Shown here: piece after piece, positions 19,511-28,865 of the stretch
Numbering within the stretch: the first letter of the stretch is position 1
How the letters are laid out: each line of letters opens with the position of its first letter
Assembly (NCBI GenBank): GCA_963851265.1
Contig: CAWKNZ010000001.1
Coordinates: 187,920-251,919 of the forward strand
Length of the DNA stretch: 64,000 nt
From: an uncultured Gemmatimonadales bacterium
Lineage (GTDB): Bacteria; Gemmatimonadota; Gemmatimonadetes; Gemmatimonadales; Gemmatimonadaceae
Direction of reading: 5' to 3'
Made by a program: the position numbers and the translations under genes
The notes under the pieces: model-generated
Told to the model about the DNA's origin: nothing
The model's input: the letters and a program-made list of their open reading frames with translations, nothing else
The model's database searches: none

Positions 19511-20101
19511 ATGCGCGCTGCCCTGCTCGCCGCCAGCACCCTGCTCGTGACCGCGACCGCGGCCCGCGCCCAGAATACGTCCCCGGCCGGCGCCGCCGGC
19601 GGCGCGACGGCTACTGCGTCGGCCCCCGACGTCGGGCAGGTCGCCCCGGACTTCACGCTCGCCTCGGTCGACCCCAGGAGCGGTAGTGCGTCGCCGTTCA
19701 CGCTCTCGTCGATGCGCGGCAAGGTCGTCGTGCTGGCCTTCTACCCCAAGGACCGCACCGGCGGCTGCACGGCGGAGCTCGACAAGTTCCGCGACGAGTA
19801 CACGTCGATCTTCGGCAGCAAGGTCGGCACGGACGTGATCGTCGTGCCCATCTCGGCCGACAACGTCACCTCGCACGCGGCCTGGGCCAAGGAGTCGGAC
19901 TTCCCCTTCGCCCTCGTGTCCGACACCGCGCTCACGGCGGTGAGTGCGTACGGGTCGCGCATGGGTGCCATGCCGATGTCGCAGCGCACGGTGTTCGTGG
20001 TCGGCAAGGACGGGACGATCAAGTACCGCGACCTCAAGTTCAACGCCCTCGACGAGGGCGAGTACGCGAAGCTCAAGGACGCGGTCGCGAAAGCCCGGTG
20101 A
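19511..20101 (+). CDS. secreted peroxiredoxin (BCP/AhpC-TSA family)
   Basis: Signal peptide, APDFTL, FYPKDRTGGCT (PxxxTxxC) and RTVFVV. Confidence 0.88.
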   Translation: MRAALLAASTLLVTATAARAQNTSPAGAAGGATATASAPDVGQVAPDFTLASVDPRSGSASPFTLSSMRGKVVVLAFYPKDRTGGCTAELDKFRDEYTSIFGSKVGTDVIVVPISADNVTSHAAWAKESDFPFALVSDTALTAVSAYGSRMGAMPMSQRTVFVVGKDGTIKYRDLKFNALDEGEYAKLKDAVAKAR

Positions 20102-20158
20102 CCGGTCGGATGACGCCGGCCGGCCGCGTCGTGCGTGTCCCGGACTGGGGCCGCCACA

Positions 20159-22696
20159 TCACAGCGGCTGGTTGAACGTCAGCACGCCGCGGTAGCCGCG
20201 CGGGCGGTCGGCATGGCTGTCGACCGCCCGCGCGACGCCGCCGAAGATCGCGCCGCCAAACAGCGTCACCCCCGCGCTGACGCTCGCCCGCACGCCGTCG
20301 GTCGGGCGCGAGGCGAACACCGGAAGCCCGAGCGTGGCCACGGTGTCGTTGCGGAAGCCGAGCCGGGCGATGCTGCGGCGCGCGGCGTCGTTGGAGGCCT
20401 CCGCGTACCCGAGCTGGAGCGTGGCGGCCAGCCCCGGGGCGACGGCGGGGAGGATGAATCGGCGCACGCGGATGGGCGTGCGGAAGAACGGGCCGGTGAG
20501 GAGCAGCGCCGATCGGGCCGACCCCGCCCGGTCGCCCGCGAACTCCTTGTAACCGTAGCCGAGTAGCCCCTGCGCGCGGCCGAGCTCGAAGAGTTGTTGC
20601 GGCGGCGGTCCGCGGTCGGCGGGCGCGACCACCACGCCTGCGTCCACGCGCCCGACGAGCGCCAGCGTGCTCCCGGCGATCGGAATGCCGAGGAATCGCC
20701 CGGCCGTGCCGTCGATGAGGTCGCGGCGGCCAGTGATGCGCCCTTCGACGCGCGTGTAGCGCAGTTGGCCCTCGCCGTTCTCGGCGTAGAGGCGGGCGCC
20801 GATTCCGGGGCGGACGAATTCGGCGGCGACGTCCGGATGCCACTCGAGCGTGGCCGTGGTGCGGACGTAGTGGCCCTCGTCGACACCACGGTTGGGGCGG
20901 TAGACGACGCGTCGGGTGAACAATGGGTGAACGAACCGGCTGCTGTCGCCGCGGTCGTCGGCCAGGCCCACGTCGGCGCGGAACACGAACGCGCGGGCCC
21001 CCGCCACGTGTCCGACGCCGATGGTCGCGAAGCGCCGGTCGACGTAGTCGTACTCGTCCGCGCCGAGGATCGCGCCGAGTGACGAGCCCGAGTCGAACGG
21101 GGCGCGGAAATCGTTGGTGATGTCGAGAGTGCGGCCGGCGCGGGCGAGGAGCGACCAGGATGCGCCGTTCGGTGCGGCGCCGAGGGCATCGGGCGCCGCC
21201 TCCTCGGGCGCGCGACGGGATGCGGCGCCGAGCTTCTGCTCGACCTCGACGCGGCCGCGAACCGTGCGCTCGGTGAACGCATACCCGGCCGTCCCGGCGA
21301 CGGTGAGTCCCGGCGCCGCGTCGCGAAATCGAACGCGCTCGCCGAGGCCGAGGTACAGTCCTTCGACGCGGTTGAAGCGGACGAGGTCCGAGATGCGTGG
21401 GTAGAACGGGGCGGCCGTCGGCGGCCCGTGGATCTGCCCGATGATCGGGGTGAGGTCGTCGAAGTCGTTGGCGTGCGCGTCGCCCGACGCCGTGCCGATC
21501 GGGGCGTGCCATCCTTGGTAGCGGCCGAGCGAGTCGCCACGGGCGAGCGTGAGGCGTCGCTGGGCCAGGGGGCCGAGCGAATCGGCGTTGGCCGCGAGTT
21601 CGGCCGGGGTGAGGGTCGTGTCGTTGATGGCGACGTCGCGGAAGCGCGAGACGATGCGTGCGACCGCGCGCACGTCGCCGAGCACCGGCGCGGTCGCCTG
21701 CAGCTCGATGCGCTGCGTGGCCGGCAGCCAGTAACGCGCGCCGTTGGGCGCCAGGCGTTCCGCGTTCACGTACTCGACGAACGCGTAGCCGCGCGGCGCG
21801 ACCGCGTTCCGCAGGCGGGCGAGCAGCGAGCGGTCGGGGCGCGCCGCGACGAGAAAGCGCCCGCGCAGGCGGACCACCGCGTGCTGCACCGCGTCGAGGT
21901 CGATGTCGCCCCTGAAGATCCCCGTGCGCGTGCTCGATACGCCGCGCGGCTCGACGTGCACGCGCACGATCGGAACGCTGCGCACGCCGGCGCCGCCGGT
22001 CGGCGCGCGGAGTGTGACGATCGTGTCGCCGCCGGTGAAGCGGTAGTACGCGTCGCGATCGTCCGCGAGCGGGTGGATGACCGGGATCGTGTCGGCTGCC
22101 GCCTCGCGCCCGCCGATTCGCGCCTCGATCTTGTCGACCGTGCCTGCCTTGCCGTTCGCGGGCGCGCGGCGGGCCTCGTCCCGGCGCAGGCGCAGCCGGT
22201 TGCCGTAGAGCAGCGGCGTCGCCCACCCCGTGCGGGCCACCGAGAGCAGGGAGAACGACAGCCCCGACTGGCGTGCCCGATCGCCGATCACGTGCTGGTC
22301 GTAGTAGCCGGCGCGCGTCCAGCGCAGCACCGACGCGACCTGCTCGACGCCGAACAGCGCCTCCTGCCCGTCCTCGCGAAGGGCGGAGATGGCGATCTCG
22401 CTCTCGACCGCGGCGCGGTAGCTGGCGAGCGAGTCGGGCACTCGGTTTCCGTGCGCCGCGTCGGCGACGAGGGTGCGGAGGGCGGGCGTCGCGTACGTGG
22501 CGGTGTCGGCGCGCGCAGCCGGGCGTACTACAGCCGGGCGTACTACCGCCGGGCGTACCACCGCCGGGCGTGCCGGCGCGCCGGTGCGCGACGGGTCGGC
22601 GTGCTGCGCGCTGAGGGCGGCCGGCAGCAGCATCGCGCACGCGCGCACGGCGGAGAGTGCCGGGGCGGGCGCGGAGTCGAGCGCGGAGCGGCGCAC
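20159..22696 (-). CDS. large secreted/outer-membrane beta-barrel-type protein (DUF5686-like)
   Basis: Signal-like N-terminus, RFNRVEGLYLG motif and amphipathic beta-strand-rich C-terminal half. The family call is from memory. Confidence 0.6.
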   Translation of the reverse strand: MRRSALDSAPAPALSAVRACAMLLPAALSAQHADPSRTGAPARPAVVRPAVVRPAVVRPAARADTATYATPALRTLVADAAHGNRVPDSLASYRAAVESEIAISALREDGQEALFGVEQVASVLRWTRAGYYDQHVIGDRARQSGLSFSLLSVARTGWATPLLYGNRLRLRRDEARRAPANGKAGTVDKIEARIGGREAAADTIPVIHPLADDRDAYYRFTGGDTIVTLRAPTGGAGVRSVPIVRVHVEPRGVSSTRTGIFRGDIDLDAVQHAVVRLRGRFLVAARPDRSLLARLRNAVAPRGYAFVEYVNAERLAPNGARYWLPATQRIELQATAPVLGDVRAVARIVSRFRDVAINDTTLTPAELAANADSLGPLAQRRLTLARGDSLGRYQGWHAPIGTASGDAHANDFDDLTPIIGQIHGPPTAAPFYPRISDLVRFNRVEGLYLGLGERVRFRDAAPGLTVAGTAGYAFTERTVRGRVEVEQKLGAASRRAPEEAAPDALGAAPNGASWSLLARAGRTLDITNDFRAPFDSGSSLGAILGADEYDYVDRRFATIGVGHVAGARAFVFRADVGLADDRGDSSRFVHPLFTRRVVYRPNRGVDEGHYVRTTATLEWHPDVAAEFVRPGIGARLYAENGEGQLRYTRVEGRITGRRDLIDGTAGRFLGIPIAGSTLALVGRVDAGVVVAPADRGPPPQQLFELGRAQGLLGYGYKEFAGDRAGSARSALLLTGPFFRTPIRVRRFILPAVAPGLAATLQLGYAEASNDAARRSIARLGFRNDTVATLGLPVFASRPTDGVRASVSAGVTLFGGAIFGGVARAVDSHADRPRGYRGVLTFNQPL

Positions 22697-22846
22697 GGAG
22701 GAGAGGACGGGAAAGTGGCGCGGAGCGACGGATGCCGGGAGCTAAAGCAGAGCTCGCGCCGGTGGGGGTACGCTGGCACGTCGCACCGAGGCCCGCGTCG
22801 CGATCTCCCGTTGCCCTGCTTCCATTCGCGCAATAGGTTCGCCCCC

Positions 22847-23812
22847 ATGTCCCGAGAGTCCCTGGTGGGCGAGACGCTCGCCGGCTATGCGGTGCGCGGT
22901 GTGGTCGGCGAGGGCGGGACGTCCGCCGTCTACCGCGCGGACCACCCGACGCACGGCACCGTCGCGCTGAAGGTTCTCCGCGACAAACTGCGGGACGACG
23001 ACACCGCGGTGTCGCGCTTCATGCGCGAGGCACGATACGGCAGCCAGGTGGAGCACCCCAACGTGGTGCGCACCATCGAGCTCGGCGAGGCGCCGCTGAC
23101 GCCGGGCGGGTCGGTGCTTCACTTCCTGGCCATCGAGTGGGCCGGCGGCGAACTGTTGGAGAAGTACGCCAAACGTCACTGCCCCGTCCCCGCGGGCGAC
23201 GTCGCGGAGATCATCGGGCAGATCGGCGACGCCGTACAGGCCGCGCACGACGCCGGCATCGTGCACCGCGACCTGAAGCCGGACAACGTGATGTGGGATC
23301 CGGTCACGCGGCAGGTCAAGCTGCTCGACTTCGGCATCGCGGCCCAAGCGGATCAGACCGCCGATCAGCGTCTGACGCGCGCGGGCTTCTTCGTGGGGAC
23401 GCTGATGTACGTCGCCCCCGAAGCGCTCTCGGGCGAGATGGTCAGCCCGGCGGCCGACCAGTACTCGCTTGCCACGATCGCGTACTTCCTGCTCTCGGGC
23501 TGCCACCCGTACACCGGGAAGTCGCCGCGCGAGATGTTCACGCAGCTCCTCTCGCAGCCCCCTCAGTCGCTCAACGCGGCAAAGGACGGACTGGTCTTCC
23601 CGTCTGCGGTCGAGGCCGTCGTCATGAAGGGGCTCGCCAAGAAGCCCGAGGACCGCTACCCCGACGTCCGCGCGTTCGCCACGGCGCTGCGCGAGGCGCT
23701 CGCCACGCCGATGCCGACGCCGCGCATGGGTACCAAGGCGGCGCCGGGCATGCCGGCGGACGACGGGGTGGGGCTGCTCGGGAAGTTGCGCGGGATGTTC
23801 AAGCGCGGGTAA
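22847..23812 (+). CDS. soluble Hanks-type Ser/Thr protein kinase
   Basis: GEGG..VY, VALK, HRDLKPDN, DFG, GT..Y.APE and DQYS. No TM or sensor domain. Confidence 0.93.
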   Translation: MSRESLVGETLAGYAVRGVVGEGGTSAVYRADHPTHGTVALKVLRDKLRDDDTAVSRFMREARYGSQVEHPNVVRTIELGEAPLTPGGSVLHFLAIEWAGGELLEKYAKRHCPVPAGDVAEIIGQIGDAVQAAHDAGIVHRDLKPDNVMWDPVTRQVKLLDFGIAAQADQTADQRLTRAGFFVGTLMYVAPEALSGEMVSPAADQYSLATIAYFLLSGCHPYTGKSPREMFTQLLSQPPQSLNAAKDGLVFPSAVEAVVMKGLAKKPEDRYPDVRAFATALREALATPMPTPRMGTKAAPGMPADDGVGLLGKLRGMFKRG

Positions 23813-23834
23813 CCCTCCCGGACGCCGCGCTCCG

Positions 23835-24407
23835 TCACGACGGGCGCGGCAGCTTCTGGATGACGTCGCTCACCGCGCGCGCCAGCTGCGCGGTATACCG
23901 GGTCTGGTCGTCCGACACCTCGGTGCGCCCCGTCCCGCGCCACACCAGCCGGCTGGTCCGGCGGTCGATCACGTCGATCACCACCGTGCCCTGATTCACC
24001 TCGCGCACCTCCTGCCGATCGCGTGCGCCGTACCACCACGGCCGGTACGGATAGCCGTAGTCCACCGTCGAGACGTCGAGCGCCTTCTTGGCCGCGGCGT
24101 AGTACGCCACCGAGAAGTCGGCCTGGTCGCCGCCCGGCGCGTACCCGCGCGCGACCAGCGCCTCACGCAGATCGTCGCGGAGCGCGCGGTTGGTGATCGA
24201 ATTGTCGACCATCGGGTCGTCCGAAGCCGCCGGATTCACGTCGTGCGGCCGCGGGGTGAGAATGTTGAACGTGCGATAGTTGCCGAACTGCGCCTCGGGC
24301 GCGACCGTCGTATTGACGTGTACGGCCGGGGCCGCAGTCGCGCAGCCGGTCCCGATCGCCGCAAGGGCGGCCGCGACCACGAGTGCGCGAAGACGGGTCT
24401 GTGACAT
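23835..24407 (-). CDS. DUF4136-family lipoprotein
   Basis: Lipobox GTGC, F..YRTF, L..RGY and GTVVIDVID......VWRG. Confidence 0.85.
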   Translation of the reverse strand: MSQTRLRALVVAAALAAIGTGCATAAPAVHVNTTVAPEAQFGNYRTFNILTPRPHDVNPAASDDPMVDNSITNRALRDDLREALVARGYAPGGDQADFSVAYYAAAKKALDVSTVDYGYPYRPWWYGARDRQEVREVNQGTVVIDVIDRRTSRLVWRGTGRTEVSDDQTRYTAQLARAVSDVIQKLPRPS

Positions 24408-24576
24408 GAAATCGTTCGATGAAGTTGAGGCTCGAAACGCGGCGCGGTCCGCGCGCCGCCCATGATCATGTAGTACCCGCGAACCGCCCGTGCGCCTCAC
24501 TGGAAGCGCGCGATGGACGGGCACACAAATGGTTATTGACAGGCGCGCGTTCCGGCCGCGGCACGTCGCGCGCGGC

Positions 24577-26028
24577 TCAGAGCGTGGTCCCGGCCTCGTA
24601 GTCGCTCCGCCGCCGGCCGCCGGCCCGCGGTTCGCTCGCGTGCCGCTCGCCTGCCAGTGGCGGGCGCGCACCATGCTCCGTTTCGCCGGTGTCGAACCCG
24701 GCCGAAACGTCGACCGGATCGACCGGTAACCAGAGCGTGAACGTCGAACCGCGGCCGGGATCGCTCTCAAGCGTGAGGTCGCCGCCAAGCAGCTGGGCGA
24801 GGCGGCGCGAGATGGCCAGGCCGAGCCCCGTGCCGCGGTCCGCGCCGTCGCCGGTGCGGGGGCCAAGCTGCTCGAACTCGTCGAAGATGCGCGCCTGATC
24901 GGCCGGGCGGATGCCCACGCCCGTGTCGACGACCTGCAGCGCGATCCACGGCACCGCCGCCATGTCTGCCACCGGCGTGTCGACCGGCGCCGCACGTCGA
25001 CCGGGCAGCAGCCGCCGCACACCGGCGCGCACCGTCGCCTGGGGCGGCGGCTGCCTGGTCGCGAACGGCGGCACGCCGCCGGCCGCCTCGACGAGTGAGG
25101 CGCGCACGCCGACCCGCCCGCCGGTCGGCGTGAACTTGACCGCGTTGCCGAGCAGGTTGATGAGCACCTGACGTACGTGGAGCGGGTCGCTCCGCAGGCG
25201 CGGCAGCGCGTTCGGCACCCCGATCGAGAGCGCGAGCCCTTTCTCCTGCACCAGCGGCTCGATCTCCTCCGCGATCTCGAGGACGAACGGGCGCAGCGCC
25301 ACCGACTCGGTGTGCACTTCCAGGCGGCCGGCGGCGATCTTCGCGAGGTCGAGGATCTGATCGACGATGTGACGCAGGTGCGTGGCCGCGGTGGCGATGC
25401 GCCGCACCGGGCCCACCTGCGGTGCGGTGAGCTCGCCGTACACGCCGTCCTGCATCAACTCCGCGAAGCCGACCACGGCGTTGAGCGGGGTCCGCAGCTC
25501 GTGCGACACGTTCGCGAGGAACTCGCTCTTCGCGCGGTTGGCACGCATCAGCTCCGCGGACAGCCGCTCGAGCTCCGTCGCGCGCGCGGCGGCGCGGCGG
25601 CGCATCCGCTCGCCGTGTACGAGCCCGACCGCGAGCGCGCCCGACGCGGCCGCGCCCAACAGCCAGCTCGCCGTCCGGTAGTGCAGCACCGCGTCGGCGT
25701 CGGCGGCGGGCAGCGCGGCGGCGGCCGCCGTCAGCCCGCGGCTCGCGATCCAGAGCGCCGCGCCCACGGCCACGCACGACGCCACCAGCGCCAGCGCCGC
25801 CGCGCGTGCCGCGTCGGCGTACGACGCCGTTCCCGGACTCCCCGCCGGCCCCGCGCGTTCCATACGCCCCGCGGCCGCGGCCGCGGGCGTGGTCAGCGTC
25901 GGCACGCCGTCCGGCGCACGGGCCAACCCGGACGAGGGTTCCGCGACGCCGTCGCGAGAGGAGGAGGCAGGCGTTAGCACCGATCGACGATCGAGATAAC
26001 CGGAGAGGACGCCCGAAAACTGAACCAC
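24577..26028 (-). CDS. membrane sensor histidine kinase (HisKA plus HATPase)
   Basis: Two TM segments, KSEFLANVSHELRTPLN, NLLGNAVKFT, DTGVGI and GTGLGL. Start uncertain. Confidence 0.92.
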   Translation of the reverse strand: MVQFSGVLSGYLDRRSVLTPASSSRDGVAEPSSGLARAPDGVPTLTTPAAAAAGRMERAGPAGSPGTASYADAARAAALALVASCVAVGAALWIASRGLTAAAAALPAADADAVLHYRTASWLLGAAASGALAVGLVHGERMRRRAAARATELERLSAELMRANRAKSEFLANVSHELRTPLNAVVGFAELMQDGVYGELTAPQVGPVRRIATAATHLRHIVDQILDLAKIAAGRLEVHTESVALRPFVLEIAEEIEPLVQEKGLALSIGVPNALPRLRSDPLHVRQVLINLLGNAVKFTPTGGRVGVRASLVEAAGGVPPFATRQPPPQATVRAGVRRLLPGRRAAPVDTPVADMAAVPWIALQVVDTGVGIRPADQARIFDEFEQLGPRTGDGADRGTGLGLAISRRLAQLLGGDLTLESDPGRGSTFTLWLPVDPVDVSAGFDTGETEHGARPPLAGERHASEPRAGGRRRSDYEAGTTL

Positions 26029-26121
26029 CGCGCGCCACGAGGAACGTTGTCAACGGTGACGGCCGCCCGTAAGCTCCCCACCGCGTCAAGCTTTCGTCGC
26101 CCCGCCCCTGATCCCGGCTGC

Positions 26122-26730
26122 ATGTCAACGTTTCCCGCAGAGCCCGCCTCGGTCGCCCACGGGCGCGAGCAGCTCGCCGACCTGCTCGCGGTGCGCTCGG
26201 CGCGACGCGGCACGTTCACCCTCGCCTCGGGTCGCACCTCCGACCTGTACATCGACGCACGTCTCACGACGATGAGCCCCGACGGCCTCGCCCTCCTCGG
26301 CCCGCTCGCGCTCGACCTGCTCGCAGAGGCGGGGTGGAACGTCGACGCGGTCGGCGGCCTCACGCTCGGCGCCGACCCGATCGCCTACGCGATCGCGTAC
26401 GCGAGCACCGTCGGCCGCCCCGCCGATGCGTGGGTGCGCGCGTTCACCGTCCGCAAGCAGGCCAAGGCGCACGGCACCGGGCAGCGCATCGAAGGTCCGT
26501 TCCAGACGACCGACCGCGTGGCCATCGTCGAGGACGTGATCACGACCGGTGGGTCCGCGCTGCAGGCCGTGGAGGTGGTTCGCGCCGCGGGTGCGACCAT
26601 CGTCGGCGTGCTCGCGGTCGTCGACCGCGAGGAGGGCGGGCGCGAGGCGATCGAGCGCGCGGCGGGCGTGCCCGTCCTCTCGCTCGTCAGCGCGCGTGAC
26701 GTCGTCCGCCGCCTCGACTCGCCGCGCTGA
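26122..26730 (+). CDS. pyrE: orotate phosphoribosyltransferase
   Basis: FTLASG..S..YID, VRK..K.HG and IVEDVITTGGS PRPP motif. Confidence 0.95.
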   Translation: MSTFPAEPASVAHGREQLADLLAVRSARRGTFTLASGRTSDLYIDARLTTMSPDGLALLGPLALDLLAEAGWNVDAVGGLTLGADPIAYAIAYASTVGRPADAWVRAFTVRKQAKAHGTGQRIEGPFQTTDRVAIVEDVITTGGSALQAVEVVRAAGATIVGVLAVVDREEGGREAIERAAGVPVLSLVSARDVVRRLDSPR

Positions 26731-26739
26731 GCACCCCGG

Positions 26740-28167
26740 TCAACTGGGTGACCCGGACGCTGCGCCGGAGCGCGACGCGTCGTGCGTGGCCGCCCCGTTC
26801 CCCGGCTCGGGCTCGGCCTCAGTGACCGGCAGGCGCAGGTACAGCGCGTCGGCATCGACGAGTGCCGCGGGCTCGACCTGCTCGGCAGGACCGGCCGCGT
26901 TCGCCCCGATGCTGCCGCCGTGGTCGGCCGCGAACGAGACGGCCAGCTCCAGGCCGTGCGCGTCCCAGCGCCCTGTGGGAGCGCCCGGCGCCCCCCCACG
27001 CACCTCGCCACGTTCGGCGCTTCGCCGCGACAGCGCCACGCGCATCACCGCGCTCGGCCGCCCGTCGGCCCGCTCGCTCGCGCCGCGCTCCGTGCCGCGG
27101 TCGGTGCAGTCGATCCGCACCGCGTCGCCCGGTCCCGCGTTCGCGAGCGCCGCCAGCAGCAGCGCGGTGAGCGTGAGCTCCAGCGCCCCGGGATCGACGT
27201 ACGACGGCGGCTCGGCGGGCACGTTGCCCACGATCACGTCGCATTCGGCCAGCCGCGCGGCTTCCCGGACCTCACGGCGCGCCGCGACCGCCACGTCTCG
27301 AAGGGCGATGTCCTGTGGCGGGATGAGCAGCGCGGTTGCCGCGGCGTCGTCCAGTCCACTCGCGATGAGTCGGTCGAGCGACCCCGCGTTCCGGGCTACC
27401 ATCGACCGGATGCCCGGCCCGTGACGCATCTCCTCCGGCACGCTCTCGTCCTCCATCAGCGACAGCGCGCTGCGGATGGTACCGAGCGGGTTGCGCAGGT
27501 CGTGGCGGAGCAGGCGGTAGCGCTCGCGCATGTTGCGGAGCATGGCGTGCACGAACCCCGACGCCGCGGCCTGCGTGTAACGCCCCATCGCGCGCTGCAG
27601 CCGTCGCGCGGCCCCGAACGTCGCGGCCGGGGTCGCGACCACGTCGGCAGGCAGGGACTCGGCTTCACGCTCTAGGTCGGCGAGCACGATGGCGAGCAGC
27701 AGGTCGGCGTCGCGCACCACGTGATGAACCGAAAGCCCCGACGCGAACGCCCGCCCTCCGGCCTCCCACCCGAGCTGCATGACCTCCGCCGAGAGTCGCG
27801 CGTCCGTGCGGACGGGGTCGAGTGGATCTGCCGCCGTGGCCGCCGCGTTCGCGGCATGGGTCCCGGTAGCCGTCCCGCTCGGTGCCGCGCTGGACGCGTA
27901 GTCGCCCGCGATCAGTGCGGCTGCCGCGGTCGACGCCGTGACCTCGGCGGCGAGGGCGCGCAGCACGCGTTCGGCGTGACCGCGGTCGGGCACCGCGCCC
28001 GACACCGGCATCGCGTCGGCAGCGAGCGCATCGGCGGGCGTTCGCTCACTCAGCAGTGGGTGACGCGGCGTCGCCGCCCGCGCTCGATCCTGCCAGTGAC
28101 GCGCCAGATACGACGCACGTAGGGCCAGACTCGATGCAACGAACTGAGAGAGAGTACGATACTGCAC
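26740..28167 (-). CDS. histidine kinase-like protein with an intact H-box and a degenerate ATP-binding domain
   Basis: RHDLRNPLGTI H-box. N, G1 and G2 boxes are eroded (AALANA, TDRG, HGLELA). Helical N-terminal domain. Confidence 0.7.
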   Translation of the reverse strand: MQYRTLSQFVASSLALRASYLARHWQDRARAATPRHPLLSERTPADALAADAMPVSGAVPDRGHAERVLRALAAEVTASTAAAALIAGDYASSAAPSGTATGTHAANAAATAADPLDPVRTDARLSAEVMQLGWEAGGRAFASGLSVHHVVRDADLLLAIVLADLEREAESLPADVVATPAATFGAARRLQRAMGRYTQAAASGFVHAMLRNMRERYRLLRHDLRNPLGTIRSALSLMEDESVPEEMRHGPGIRSMVARNAGSLDRLIASGLDDAAATALLIPPQDIALRDVAVAARREVREAARLAECDVIVGNVPAEPPSYVDPGALELTLTALLLAALANAGPGDAVRIDCTDRGTERGASERADGRPSAVMRVALSRRSAERGEVRGGAPGAPTGRWDAHGLELAVSFAADHGGSIGANAAGPAEQVEPAALVDADALYLRLPVTEAEPEPGNGAATHDASRSGAASGSPS

Positions 28168-28187
28168 AGCGTGACGCTGGAAGCACG

Positions 28188-28865
28188 GTGAGCCATCGGC
28201 GGACCGCGCCCGACAGTGCCAGAGCTAGGCCAGTCACGTCTGCGAACCTCTACGGCGACACGGTCGACGACGCGCTCGGCGACGCGGCCGCGGCGGTCGA
28301 GGACGCGCACGAGAGCACGCGCGCCGTGGCGAGCGCCCTCGCCGAGCACCGTCGCGTGGCGGCGGACGCCGAGGTCACGCTCGGGGAGGCGACGAGCCAC
28401 GCCCGGATCGCGATGAGCGCCGTCGCCGACATCGGGACCGCGGTCGCGCGCGGCGAGGCGCTCGTCGCGGCGCTGGCGCGGCTGGCGCGGCAGACGCAGC
28501 GGACCGCGCTCAACGCGTCGATCGAGGCGGCGCGCGTGGGCGACGAGGGGCGCGCGTTCGCGGCCGTGGCCGAGGCGTTACGGCGGCTCGCGGACGAGGC
28601 GGCCGCGGCGGCCCGGACCGCGGCGGCGGAGATGGCGGACGCGCAGGACGAGACCGGGCGTGCCTCGATCGCCGTCCGCCGTTCGGCCGAGGCACTCGAT
28701 CACGCCCGCGGGCCGGTGCGCGCGCTGGTCGGCGCTCTCGGTGGTCTGACCGACGAGGCTGCCGACGCGGTGGCCACCACGCACCTGTGTGCGACCGCGA
28801 TCGGTGCCGCGCGCGCCGCGACTCCGTCGGTCGAGTCGAACTACTTGCCGACGCAGAACGACTGA
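28188..28865 (+). CDS. short soluble methyl-accepting chemotaxis (MCP signalling domain) protein
   Basis: QTQRTALNASIEAARVGDEGRAFAAVAEALRRLA resembles the MCP hairpin tip. Start uncertain. Confidence 0.7.
   Translation: MSHRRTAPDSARARPVTSANLYGDTVDDALGDAAAAVEDAHESTRAVASALAEHRRVAADAEVTLGEATSHARIAMSAVADIGTAVARGEALVAALARLARQTQRTALNASIEAARVGDEGRAFAAVAEALRRLADEAAAAARTAAAEMADAQDETGRASIAVRRSAEALDHARGPVRALVGALGGLTDEAADAVATTHLCATAIGAARAATPSVESNYLPTQND

Noticed and set aside
24536..24541. Perfect TTGACA -35 hexamer
   Set aside because: There is no matching -10 at proper spacing, and it points antisense into the kinase gene.
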